Source of the DNA: Pseudomonadota bacterium
GTDB taxonomy: Bacteria > Pseudomonadota > Gammaproteobacteria > Pseudomonadales > Halieaceae
Direction: 5' to 3'
Assembly (NCBI GenBank): GCA_039815155.1
Contig: JBCBZV010000008.1
Coordinates: forward strand, 1,081 to 65,080
Length of the DNA stretch: 64,000 nt
The notes under the pieces were generated by a model, which was not told the origin of the DNA, ran no database searches, and saw only the letters and a list, made by a program, of their open reading frames with translations. The translations under genes and the position numbers were made by a program. Positions 50,151 through 59,491 of this stretch are shown in pieces (the first letter of the stretch is position 1; the number at the start of each line of letters is the position of its first letter).

Positions 50151-51041
50151 CTAGAACTCCGTCGCCAGACAGACCCATTCATCTGATTGTTCGCGAACTT
50201 TCAGTTCCCGTGTCAGCTGCGCTAGCGCGTTATAGCGTGTGAGCAGAGTATCGGCCTGCGATTCCAAGATACCCGCGAGCACAAGCATTCCGTCGGGTTT
50301 CAGAAAGTCGCACAGGGACTCTGCGAGCGTGTCCAAGGGCCCCGCCAGGATATTAGCAACTACCAGGTCTGCTTTCTGATGCCAATCTCGGACATCCACT
50401 TCCGGTGGATCACAGCGCAGTGTTCCACTTCCGATCCGATTCCGGTTCGCATTAGCCCGTGTCGCATCCAGCGCCTGCGGATCGTTGTCGATGCAGAGCA
50501 CCGAATTCGCCCCCAGCAAGGCGGCAGCAACGCCCAGCACACCAGAGCCACAGCCATAATCGACCACCTGCATACCCGGTGCTAGCGCTTGGTCCAGCGC
50601 TTTTAGGCACATCGCTGTGGACGGATGGGTACCGGTACCAAAAGCGAGTCCTGGATCTAGAAGCAGGTTGATTGCATCTTTTTCTGGCGGTTCGGTCCAG
50701 CTTGGACAGATCCACAGGCGCGTACCAAAGCACATGGGTCTGTAGTGGTCCATCCACGCGCGAGACCAGTCTTTATCTTCAAGAATCTCCGGCGTTGGAG
50801 GTACACCCTGATTGAGACTAGCAAGGTCGGCGGTACCGCCTGCGAGCTCAGCCTCTGCTGAAAAAAGAGCGGTGACTTTAACCGCATTCCACAGCGGAGT
50901 TTCTCCCACCTTAGGTTCGAGCAGAGCTTGGTCGGCGCGGTCCTCGAGCGTGACGGACAAAGCACCCAGATCCAGAAGTGCGGCTTCTGCCTCCGGAACG
51001 CGGTCTTTTCCGCAATTCAGCCGCAGCTGGATCCAAGCCAT
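50151..51041 (-). CDS. prmA: Ribosomal protein L11 methyltransferase
   Basis: DPGLAFGTGTHP, DYGCGSG, ANILAGP. Confidence 0.97.
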   Translation of the reverse strand: MAWIQLRLNCGKDRVPEAEAALLDLGALSVTLEDRADQALLEPKVGETPLWNAVKVTALFSAEAELAGGTADLASLNQGVPPTPEILEDKDWSRAWMDHYRPMCFGTRLWICPSWTEPPEKDAINLLLDPGLAFGTGTHPSTAMCLKALDQALAPGMQVVDYGCGSGVLGVAAALLGANSVLCIDNDPQALDATRANANRNRIGSGTLRCDPPEVDVRDWHQKADLVVANILAGPLDTLAESLCDFLKPDGMLVLAGILESQADTLLTRYNALAQLTRELKVREQSDEWVCLATEF

Positions 51042-51075
51042 AGGCGACACAGCCCTGCCGCGGAGAGACTGGGTT

Positions 51076-52419
51076 CTATCCGTCTTCGAGCTTGCTCTCT
51101 AAGTAGTGAATGCTCACACCGCCGGCCATAAACGATGCGTCTCTGACTAACTCTCGGTGCAGTGAGGTATTTGTGCGAATGCCCTCGATCACCAACTCAT
51201 CGAGCGCTTGCTGCATCCGGGTCATGGCCTGGTGACGATCCTCGCCGTAACTAATTACCTTCGCAATCAGCGAATCGTAAAAAGGCGGAACCGTATAGCC
51301 GTCGTAGATGTGTGAATCGACGCGAATTCCTGGTCCACCGGGCGCATGGAAAGTAGTAATGCGGCCGGGGGAGGGAAGAAAGCTCTGCGGATCTTCCGCA
51401 TTTATTCGACACTCCAGAGCATGGCCGGTGAACGTCACATCTTTCTGCTCAACGGAGATAGGCATACCGCTCGCAATGCGAATTTGTTCGCGCACGATAT
51501 CGACACCCGTAATCAGCTCGGTTACTGGATGCTCAACCTGAACTCGCGTATTCATCTCGATAAAGTAAAAGCAGCCATCCTCGTAGAGAAACTCAAAGGT
51601 TCCCGCGCCTCGGTAGCCGATTTCTTGGCAGGCTTTGACACAGGAGTCTGCGCAAGCGCGACGCGCCTCTTCGTCTATGGCGGGCGCGGGTGCTTCTTCG
51701 ATGACTTTCTGATGGCGACGCTGCAGCGAGCAATCGCGGTCTCCAAGATGGATCGCGTTACCCTTACCGTCTGCGATTACCTGGATTTCGACGTGGCGCG
51801 GGCGTTGCAGGTATTTCTCCATGTAGACCACGTCCGAACCGAACGCTACAGCGGCCTCGCCTTTAGTGATTTGTACCGAGTTCACCAATGCGGCTTCGTT
51901 GTGGACTACTCGCATGCCACGTCCACCACCGCCGGCCGCCGCTTTGATGATGACCGGATAGCCCACTTGGCGCGCGGTCTCAATCATAAGGTCCGGATCG
52001 TCACTCAACGGTCCATCGGAGCCAGGAACCACCGGTACGCCGGCTTCGATCATTGCCTCTTTGGCGGATACTTTGTCCCCCATCAGTCGAATGGTTTCTG
52101 ACCTAGGCCCAATAAAGGTGAAGCCAGACTTTTCTACCTGCTCGGCGAAATCAGCGTTTTCCGCAAGAAATCCATAGCCTGGATGAACAGCGTCTGCATT
52201 GCTAACTTCTGCCGCCGAAATTATTGCTGGCGAGTGCAGGTAGCTTTCTGTGGCCCCGGCGGGCCCGATACAGATAGATTCGTCTGCGAGCCGAACATGC
52301 ATGAGGTCCGCATCTGCTTTCGAATGGACAGCGACCGTTTGAATGCCCATGGTCTTGCAGGCACGAAGAATGCGCAATGCGATCTCTCCGCGATTCGCGA
52401 TGAGTACTTTCTCTAACAT
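51076..52419 (-). CDS. accC: Acetyl-CoA carboxylase biotin carboxylase
   Basis: [32 protein letters not shown]. Confidence 0.98.
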   Translation of the reverse strand: MLEKVLIANRGEIALRILRACKTMGIQTVAVHSKADADLMHVRLADESICIGPAGATESYLHSPAIISAAEVSNADAVHPGYGFLAENADFAEQVEKSGFTFIGPRSETIRLMGDKVSAKEAMIEAGVPVVPGSDGPLSDDPDLMIETARQVGYPVIIKAAAGGGGRGMRVVHNEAALVNSVQITKGEAAVAFGSDVVYMEKYLQRPRHVEIQVIADGKGNAIHLGDRDCSLQRRHQKVIEEAPAPAIDEEARRACADSCVKACQEIGYRGAGTFEFLYEDGCFYFIEMNTRVQVEHPVTELITGVDIVREQIRIASGMPISVEQKDVTFTGHALECRINAEDPQSFLPSPGRITTFHAPGGPGIRVDSHIYDGYTVPPFYDSLIAKVISYGEDRHQAMTRMQQALDELVIEGIRTNTSLHRELVRDASFMAGGVSIHYLESKLEDG

Positions 52420-52437
52420 GGCTTGTCCTCCGTCGCG

Positions 52438-52923
52438 CTAAACGATGGAGAACAGGGGTTGGTCAAATTCGACGGGTTCGCCGTTCTCCACTAGCACGGC
52501 CTCGACCGTGCCAGACACGTCGGCTTCTATCTGATTCATCATTTTCATAGCCTCAACGATGCATAAGACATCGCCAGCTTTGACTGTAGCGCCGATCTCA
52601 ACGAAAGCCGGAGTAGACGGTGAAGGCGACCGGTAAAAGGTGCCCACCATAGGTGACTTCACCACATTGCCCGCGACGCCGGGTGCTGCAGTTGAAGTAT
52701 CTGTCTCAGCGACAGGAGCCGGTGCTGGCGAGGCTGCCGGTGTCGATGCTACCGGAGTAGCAGGTGCGGGCGGCGGTGCTACTGCGTAGTTCACTGGGGC
52801 CGCAGGCGCCGCGTTGACGCCTCTGCTGATGCGGACGGACTCCTCCCCCTCTTTGATCTCAATTTCGCCAATCCCGCTTTCTTCGAGGAGTTCGATTAGT
52901 TTTTTGACTTTGCGAATATCCAT
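52438..52923 (-). CDS. accB: Biotin carboxyl carrier protein
   Basis: [13 protein letters not shown]. Confidence 0.98.
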   Translation of the reverse strand: MDIRKVKKLIELLEESGIGEIEIKEGEESVRISRGVNAAPAAPVNYAVAPPPAPATPVASTPAASPAPAPVAETDTSTAAPGVAGNVVKSPMVGTFYRSPSPSTPAFVEIGATVKAGDVLCIVEAMKMMNQIEADVSGTVEAVLVENGEPVEFDQPLFSIV

Positions 52924-52936
52924 ACGGTTTTCTCTT

Positions 52937-53374
52937 TTATTGGATTTGGCTTAGAACATGGCCTAGCGCCAGCTCGTATCCCTGCGGACCAAAGCCACAA
53001 ATTACTCCTTGGGCTAGGTCTGAAAAGTAGGATGTATGTCTAAACGGCTCGCGAGCGTGCACGTTGGAGATATGTATTTCGAAGAACGGTAGTTCGCTGG
53101 CAGCTAAGGCATCCCGCAGGGCGATCGATGTATGAGTGAAGGCTGCCGGGTTAATCAATACATACTCTGTGCCGTTTGTCGCTGCGTTGTGGATGGCCTC
53201 AATAAGCTCCGCTTCCGAGTTGCTCTGGAAACAACGTAAGCTCACTCCTGCCTCGCCAGCCAGTTGCTCAAGCTTTGTGTTTATAGCGTCCAAAGTAACA
53301 TCCCCGTAAATACCAGGTTCTCTCTGTCCGAGGAGGTTCAAATTGGGTCCGTGTAGGACTAGAAGGCGCGCCAT
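52937..53374 (-). CDS. aroQ: Type II 3-dehydroquinate dehydratase
   Basis: [30 protein letters not shown]...REPFRH.SY. Confidence 0.97.
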   Translation of the reverse strand: MARLLVLHGPNLNLLGQREPGIYGDVTLDAINTKLEQLAGEAGVSLRCFQSNSEAELIEAIHNAATNGTEYVLINPAAFTHTSIALRDALAASELPFFEIHISNVHAREPFRHTSYFSDLAQGVICGFGPQGYELALGHVLSQIQ

Positions 53375-53553
53375 AGGGAACACACTTATTCGTTATTAAC
53401 GCGAAGTGTTCCCGAATCTGTTGTGTTTGTCCAGTACTGGCTAGTTTTTCAGGATTTAGGCGCACTTTAGTGCATTTAGCGACATTTTTGAGGAATTACT
53501 GATGCGAGTGTTTCCACGCCTTACTTTCATCGCTGGTCTGAGCCTACTTTCTA

Positions 53554-55503
53554 CTAGTCCCTCAAGGCCAAGCGAGTTGGCGCAGTATTGGGCAGCGAAC
53601 TCAAAACCGTTTGCTTACGCAGGATTTGTGGCAGAACCTTTGGCGATTCCTCGCCCTCATAAACCACGTAAAGTGGAATTCCGCTACGTCCATGGCTCTC
53701 AACAAAATCAGCTATTACGGGATCGTAGTCAGTCCAATCCGCGACCATGTACACGACGTCCCGTTGCCTAAACGCGTCCTGAATGGCATCTGTCGCGAGC
53801 ACCGCTCGTTCATTGGCGAGGCAGGTAATACACCAATCGGCGGTGACATCAACAAAGACGTCACGGCCCGAGCGACGTAGCTCTGAGAGGCGTTCCGGTG
53901 AGTAAGCGACGGCGCCGGCGGGTAGTTTGCCGCTACCGGGCTGGCTTAGTTCCGGCCTCCACAACGCAATCGAGGCTGCCACTAGGAGGCAAGCGACGGA
54001 CAAGCCTCGTACAACTAAGCCGCCGCTGCTCCACAGCCAAATGCCCAGTGCTAAAAGCAAGGCACCGAGGAGCGTCGCGGCCATAAAATCGATACCCACT
54101 TGACGACCAGCAACCCAAAACAACCAAAGCGCGGTTGCGTAGAGTGGAAAGGCAAGGAACTGTTTTAACTTTTCCGTCCACTCGCCTGGCTTGGGCATAT
54201 AGCGTCGCGCCAGTTCGCTGTGCGAAAGAGCGAACATTGGGGCCGCCATGCCCAATCCGAGAGCAGCAAATACTAGGAGCGCTTCAAAAGGTGGCCGCAC
54301 CAGGGCGTAACCGAGAGCGCTTCCCATAAACGGCGCGGTACAAGGACTGGCGACAAGCACCGCTAGTACACCAGTGAAAAAGCTGCCGCTGGGGCCTTCT
54401 CGCTCAGCAAGAGAGTTGCCTAGATTCATAAATTGCGCCCCACCAAGCTGCACTAAACCGCTTAGCGAAAACCCGAGCACAACGAACAGATAAGCAAGAG
54501 CAACCACAAAACCGGTCGACTGCAGTTGAAAACCCCACCCCATTGCTTGGCCCCCACTGCGTAGGCTAATGAGCAGTAGAGCGACAACCAGAAAGCTGCT
54601 TATCACTCCAAGGCTGTAAAAAACACCGTGTTGACGACGTACCTCCGGTGCTGCGCAGGTAAAACTGATGACCTTTAGAGACAGAATTGGCAGGACACAC
54701 GGCATAAGATTGAGGATGAGGCCGCCAGCGAAGGCAAACGCCGCCATCAGCAATAAGGACCACGCATTGAAGTTTTCTAGCCCACTACTAGTTGTAGCCT
54801 TGGCAGCGGGGAGCGGCGTGTCCCGCGCTGTCAGTTCGGTAATTGTTACCCGATCCGAAGCTACACCGGACTGACCGCCCACACCGGGTGTATCTAGCTG
54901 AAAAAATTGCGTGCGCGGTGGATAACACAAGCCTGCGTCGGCACAGCCTTGCGAGCTGATCTCTAGCTTGTTACCCGCGAGAGACCCTTCAACCAGTGAC
55001 CCTTCAACCAATGGCCCATCAAAAGATAGACTCACGGCCAATTCGCTGTAGTACACTTCCACCTTGCCAAAGTACTCGTCTTCGCGCTGGAGACCTTCCG
55101 GAATCGAGCTAGATACGGCCACCGCGTCTCCGTTGCGGGTCGCGGAGAACTCTAGCGAGTGGCGATAAAGGTAGTAGCCCGGCTGTATCTGCCATAACAA
55201 CAAAATCTCGTTTGGTCCGACCTGTTCAACGGCTAACCGGTACGCCTCCTCCACGGGCAGAAATACCGGTTCGGAAGGAGTCACTCCAAGCGTCGGCGTC
55301 TGTTGTTCTTGCCGGAAGAGAGACGGCGAAGAAAGAGGTGCGGAAGCGAAACCGCTCTCTTCGGCTAAGGTCGCGACGCTAGCGGCGATTGCAAACACGC
55401 TGGCGACCCAAACCAGCACTAAACGGAGGCTCAGCGACTGGCACACCTGGTGTCCTAGCAAACGACGAGTCCTCAATTTTGAGTTAAAAGATATCGCGTG
55501 CAT
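53554..55503 (-). CDS. dsbD: Thiol:disulfide interchange protein DsbD
   Basis: QGCADAGLCYPP, MPCVLP, SPCTAP, thioredoxin WCITC. Confidence 0.93.
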   Translation of the reverse strand: MHAISFNSKLRTRRLLGHQVCQSLSLRLVLVWVASVFAIAASVATLAEESGFASAPLSSPSLFRQEQQTPTLGVTPSEPVFLPVEEAYRLAVEQVGPNEILLLWQIQPGYYLYRHSLEFSATRNGDAVAVSSSIPEGLQREDEYFGKVEVYYSELAVSLSFDGPLVEGSLVEGSLAGNKLEISSQGCADAGLCYPPRTQFFQLDTPGVGGQSGVASDRVTITELTARDTPLPAAKATTSSGLENFNAWSLLLMAAFAFAGGLILNLMPCVLPILSLKVISFTCAAPEVRRQHGVFYSLGVISSFLVVALLLISLRSGGQAMGWGFQLQSTGFVVALAYLFVVLGFSLSGLVQLGGAQFMNLGNSLAEREGPSGSFFTGVLAVLVASPCTAPFMGSALGYALVRPPFEALLVFAALGLGMAAPMFALSHSELARRYMPKPGEWTEKLKQFLAFPLYATALWLFWVAGRQVGIDFMAATLLGALLLALGIWLWSSGGLVVRGLSVACLLVAASIALWRPELSQPGSGKLPAGAVAYSPERLSELRRSGRDVFVDVTADWCITCLANERAVLATDAIQDAFRQRDVVYMVADWTDYDPVIADFVESHGRSGIPLYVVYEGEESPKVLPQILRKQTVLSSLPNTAPTRLALRD

Positions 55504-55875
55504 TGAGTTTTACGCTTTCCGCATAGTTCATGGTGATCAATTGCTATTTGGGTTTCTGCTCATTACCAATACGAGCGGCAATACGCCCGAAGCCTTTGGC
55601 ACTCGCTAGCTACGTACATTGTAGCTTGATCGGACTAACATTCAGATAACCCAGTCTAGTGTTTGCTAAGATTGCGAGGTTGCCGATTGGTTCCCAAAAC
55701 GCAGCGATGCTCCGTCGCATGGATTGCGACACTAAAGCCGTGTTTATCATTGCGTCAGCGATGTTGAAGACGCCGACAAACTCGAGACACGTTCAAAACA
55801 CCCACCGACTTTAAGAGGACTAGCAGCTAAGTGAAGGCTTTTCAGTACACACAGGCGACGATTCAGGGAACTCCG

Positions 55876-56457
55876 ATGCGCAAATATGGACGCCTTAAAC
55901 GCTTTTGGTTGCACCCAAAGAGGTCAACTGTCGCCTGGGCTGGGCGTTGGATTTGTCGTTCAGCGTTGGTTTTACCCGCGGTTTCGCATTTAGTTGGCCC
56001 AGCTGCATACGCCGATGAGACGACCAAATTGCCGTCTCAGCCGCAGCAAAGTCAGAGTGAACCAGCGCTCGTTATTGAAGATCCCTGGGTGCGAGCTATG
56101 CCGCCCGGACGCGCCATGACCGCTGGCTATTTACGTGTAGAAAATACCTCCGCCTATCCGGTCCAGATTACCGGCGTGGCCAGCAGTGCCGGTAACGCGA
56201 GCTTGCACGAAACGCGAATGGTGGAAGGCAAGAGCTCCATGCGCCCGGTCGAGGACTTGCTTATCGAACCAGGGGAGACTCTCGCACTCGCTCCGGGCGG
56301 TCTACACATCATGCTCATGGGGCTCGCGGCCACTCCGCTGGAGGGTGAGCTCGTACCCCTGTGCTTGACTACGAGTATTGGAGAGGCCTGTACGCAGGCC
56401 ACGGTTCGCCGCAGTGCACCTTCAACAGAACGCGCGGCAGATCACAATCATCACTGA
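55876..56457 (+). CDS. Copper chaperone PCu(A)C
   Basis: WVRAMPP, TAGY, LHET..M, M, PGGLHIML; His-rich end. Start uncertain (55831 possible). Confidence 0.88.
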   Translation: MRKYGRLKRFWLHPKRSTVAWAGRWICRSALVLPAVSHLVGPAAYADETTKLPSQPQQSQSEPALVIEDPWVRAMPPGRAMTAGYLRVENTSAYPVQITGVASSAGNASLHETRMVEGKSSMRPVEDLLIEPGETLALAPGGLHIMLMGLAATPLEGELVPLCLTTSIGEACTQATVRRSAPSTERAADHNHH

Positions 56458-56475
56458 GCGTGGTAGCGTTAGTCT

Positions 56476-57558
56476 ATGAGTGAATCGCAATCTCCAACAT
56501 CGTCGACAAGTTCGCCGGGTTTTATGCGCCGTTTGCGGAATTTCGGTGACGATTACCTACCGCAAGGGCGCTGGCTCAATATTGCCGCTGGCGCTTTTCT
56601 GGCCTACGCGGTCGTTGTTGCTGTCCTAGGGGCCTACTGGAGCATTGCACCGTCAGAATTCGACGTAAGAGAACGTGCCTCCGGCTATGCGGTTACCGGA
56701 CCTCGCGCGAATGGGGAGTTAGTAACCGGTGCGGTTACCACAAGCGCACTGCTTGCCGTCGTCGAGACGCTGCTCGATAAACCGGGTGGTTTTTTGTCCA
56801 ACGACAGGTTTCCTCCGGGAGCGTATCTCGACAACATTCCCAACTGGGAGTACGGCGCCCTCATCCAATCACGTGATCTGGCGCGGGCGATGCGCGAGTA
56901 TTTTTCGCGTTCCCAATCCCAATCAAAGGAAGATGTAGATTTAGCCATCGCCGAGCCGGGTTTAAATTTTCGTTCCGACAGTTGGATACTACCGGCTTCC
57001 GAGGGTAGCTACAGGGAGGCGATGGAGCACACTCGTAGTTACCTCCAGCGCCTTGCAGATCCGCAGGTTCGTGACGCGCAGTTTTATGCGCGAGCTGATA
57101 ATTTGCGTGAGTGGTTGGCGGTCGTGAACACCAGGCTAGGCAGTCTTTCACAGCGCCTTTCTGCTTCCGTCGGGCAGCGCCGGGTAAATACGGACTTAGC
57201 GGGTGAGTCGGAGGCATCCCAATCTACGGCTACGCCGAGTGAGTTGGAGGTGCGTACGCCGTGGTATGAGATTGACGACGTTTTCTACGAGTCTCGTGGG
57301 GCGGCGTGGGCTCTGATTCATTTTCTGAAAGCCGCCGAAGTTGATTTCGCCGACGTACTCCGCAAGAAAAACGCTCAGGTGAGCCTGAGACAGATTATCC
57401 GCGAATTAGAGGCAACACAGGACTTTGTGTGGAGCCCGATGATCTTAAACGGGACTGGATTTGGCTTCCTCGCCAATCACTCGCTGGTGATGGCTTCCTA
57501 CATAAGCCGGGCGAACGCAGCCATCATTGATTTAAGAGATCTGCTCTCGCAAGGCTAG
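56476..57558 (+). CDS. DUF2333 family protein
   Basis: KPGG.LSND, DNIPNWEYG, RADNL, IDDVFYE.RG, FANHSL.MA.YISRANAA. Confidence 0.85.
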   Translation: MSESQSPTSSTSSPGFMRRLRNFGDDYLPQGRWLNIAAGAFLAYAVVVAVLGAYWSIAPSEFDVRERASGYAVTGPRANGELVTGAVTTSALLAVVETLLDKPGGFLSNDRFPPGAYLDNIPNWEYGALIQSRDLARAMREYFSRSQSQSKEDVDLAIAEPGLNFRSDSWILPASEGSYREAMEHTRSYLQRLADPQVRDAQFYARADNLREWLAVVNTRLGSLSQRLSASVGQRRVNTDLAGESEASQSTATPSELEVRTPWYEIDDVFYESRGAAWALIHFLKAAEVDFADVLRKKNAQVSLRQIIRELEATQDFVWSPMILNGTGFGFLANHSLVMASYISRANAAIIDLRDLLSQG

Positions 57559-57618
57559 TTTAGCCCCTCTAGCCATTGGAGCCTCGTTTTTACTTTGCGG
57601 AGTAGATTTTCCGTGACG

Positions 57619-57966
57619 CTAGGATCTGCGGTAACGCAGGCGAGTGCCCGTTTGCAGTGACAGCTGAATTTCCGCAGGGCTCAGTTCGTCGGGGAAATAG
57701 ACACCGCTAACTTTCGCATCCAAGAGACTTGCACCTTCGAGGTTGGTCGTTCGAAAGTCTATTCCCGATAAATCCGTGTTGCGAAAGTAAGCGTTGCTAA
57801 AGTCCAAACCCTCTGCGTTTAGGTTGCGCAGATCTCGGCCCCGGTAGTCGCCGTTCTTGAGTTCGTTGCTGTCGAGTTTATCCCGTTGTTCATTAAAGGA
57901 CTTCACGTCTTCCTGGCGTAAAAGTTGATACAACGGGTCCGGCTTAATCTTTGGCTTGTCGGTCAC
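57619..57966 (-). CDS. Pentapeptide repeat protein
   Basis: DYRGRDLRNLNAEGLDFSNAYFRNTDLSGIDF; GTG 57966 preferred. Confidence 0.88.
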   Translation of the reverse strand: MTDKPKIKPDPLYQLLRQEDVKSFNEQRDKLDSNELKNGDYRGRDLRNLNAEGLDFSNAYFRNTDLSGIDFRTTNLEGASLLDAKVSGVYFPDELSPAEIQLSLQTGTRLRYRRS

Positions 57967-58128
57967 GGTTGGTCTTTCTCTACCTCTTGTTTCCAGTCTG
58001 GTTCGTAACTTTTTTCGCGACGCCTTCGACTTTCTGGCCCCGTCTAGGGCTTGCACCTTGAAAAAAACCGCCAATGTTCACCATTGTTTAACTGCCAGGC
58101 GGGCAGCGCTGGTTCGATGTATAGCAAG

Positions 58129-59127
58129 CTAGGCGCCAAAAAACTCAGCCTTAAGTGTCCCATATTGCTCCGCCCGTAAGCGAGGGCCCCATTGGGAAAC
58201 CACTTGGGCCGCGGCGCGAGAAGCAAAGGCTCCTGCCGTCGCAACACTTTCGCCATTGGTTATTGCGTACAGAAACGCTCCAGCGAACATATCACCTGCT
58301 CCGTTACTGTCTACCGCCGTAATCGCGTGTCCCGCAACCTTGTGCAGCTCGTCCCCATCAGAGCACACAGCACCGTCAGCACCCAGAGTGATCGCAAACT
58401 GTTTGGCGGTGGACTCCATAGCTTTGCTAGCAGCGGCTACGTCTTCTGCGCCAGTCCACTTTAATGCTTCTGCTTCGTTAGCGAATACCAAATCCAAGCC
58501 ATCGCCGACAATTTGCTTAAATTGGTCAGGAAAGTGCTCGACCATCCCTGGATCAGAGAAACTCAAGGCCACGGGTACGCCCGCTGCCTGTGCGATTTCG
58601 CGGGTGCGAATCGCCGCTTCGAGACCAGTTGGTGAGGTGACCAGGTAGCCCTCGATGTACACAAATTCAGAATCGACAATAGCTTGCTCATCGAGTTGTT
58701 CCGTACTGAGGCTCGCAGAAGCCCCCAGGTAGGTATTCATGCTTCGCTCTGCATCCGGTGTGACAAGAACAAGGCACTTCCCCGTGGCCTCATCGCACTT
58801 AACCGGAGGAGGATAGCTGGCCCCTGCCTGCTCCATATCGGCGATATATATAGCACCGTCCGCATCATCGGCTACGCGGCAGCTCATAAAGCAAGGTCCC
58901 CCAAGGGAAGCGCTCGCGATCAAGGAGTTGCCGACGCTGCCGCCGCTGGCGTGATGCGCTTCGACGAGGTGAGTTTTAAGCGCAGCTAGCAATTCGGCGC
59001 GGCGGTCCGTATCAACCAGCGTCATAAGCCCCTTTTCGACACCCATGTTTGCCAGATCTTCGTCGCTTACCCGAATCTCCGTGTCTACCAGCGCTGCGCC
59101 GATGCCGTACACCTTAAATCGCTTCAT
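58129..59127 (-). CDS. PfkB family (adenosine kinase-like) carbohydrate kinase
   Basis: GGS.GNS, FANEAEA, DSNGAGDMF.GAFL. Confidence 0.92.
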   Translation of the reverse strand: MKRFKVYGIGAALVDTEIRVSDEDLANMGVEKGLMTLVDTDRRAELLAALKTHLVEAHHASGGSVGNSLIASASLGGPCFMSCRVADDADGAIYIADMEQAGASYPPPVKCDEATGKCLVLVTPDAERSMNTYLGASASLSTEQLDEQAIVDSEFVYIEGYLVTSPTGLEAAIRTREIAQAAGVPVALSFSDPGMVEHFPDQFKQIVGDGLDLVFANEAEALKWTGAEDVAAASKAMESTAKQFAITLGADGAVCSDGDELHKVAGHAITAVDSNGAGDMFAGAFLYAITNGESVATAGAFASRAAAQVVSQWGPRLRAEQYGTLKAEFFGA

Positions 59128-59491
59128 TAATCTAATCTGCTCTCTCCTGGAAAGCGCGGCATTATGCGCAAGGTAACGAGCATTGGGTAGTTTTCTATAA
59201 ACGTAGAAAGATGCTGGTTTAGGGTTGGTCTGGAGGTGGATGGGCGCCGCCTAGCCTGTCAGGGATGACGGTTTTTGGCGATCCGCAGCGATTCATCGAC
59301 CTTCAGACCAGATGCCGACAGAAAACATCGATTCTCTAAAGGGTAAAAGAGATATCCGCCAAGTCGCGGGAGCGATCGTCCAGTTCAGCAAGGTATCCAA
59401 AATCCGACTTCGCTGAATCAAAGTTCTAAGGTCGGGTCGCTAAGGGACTGTGGCGTAGCTGCCACATAGCGGGGCAAGTACACTCCCAATA

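Noticed and set aside
49101-52101. Long alternative ORFs (49101-49712, 49228-49722, 51346-52101)
   Set aside because: Antisense to dusB and accC, with no recognisable domains.
59128-59491. Small gene or sRNA between pfkB and mrcB
   Set aside because: No open frame with an RBS; only one short hairpin (TGTGGC/GCCACA), which is insufficient evidence.
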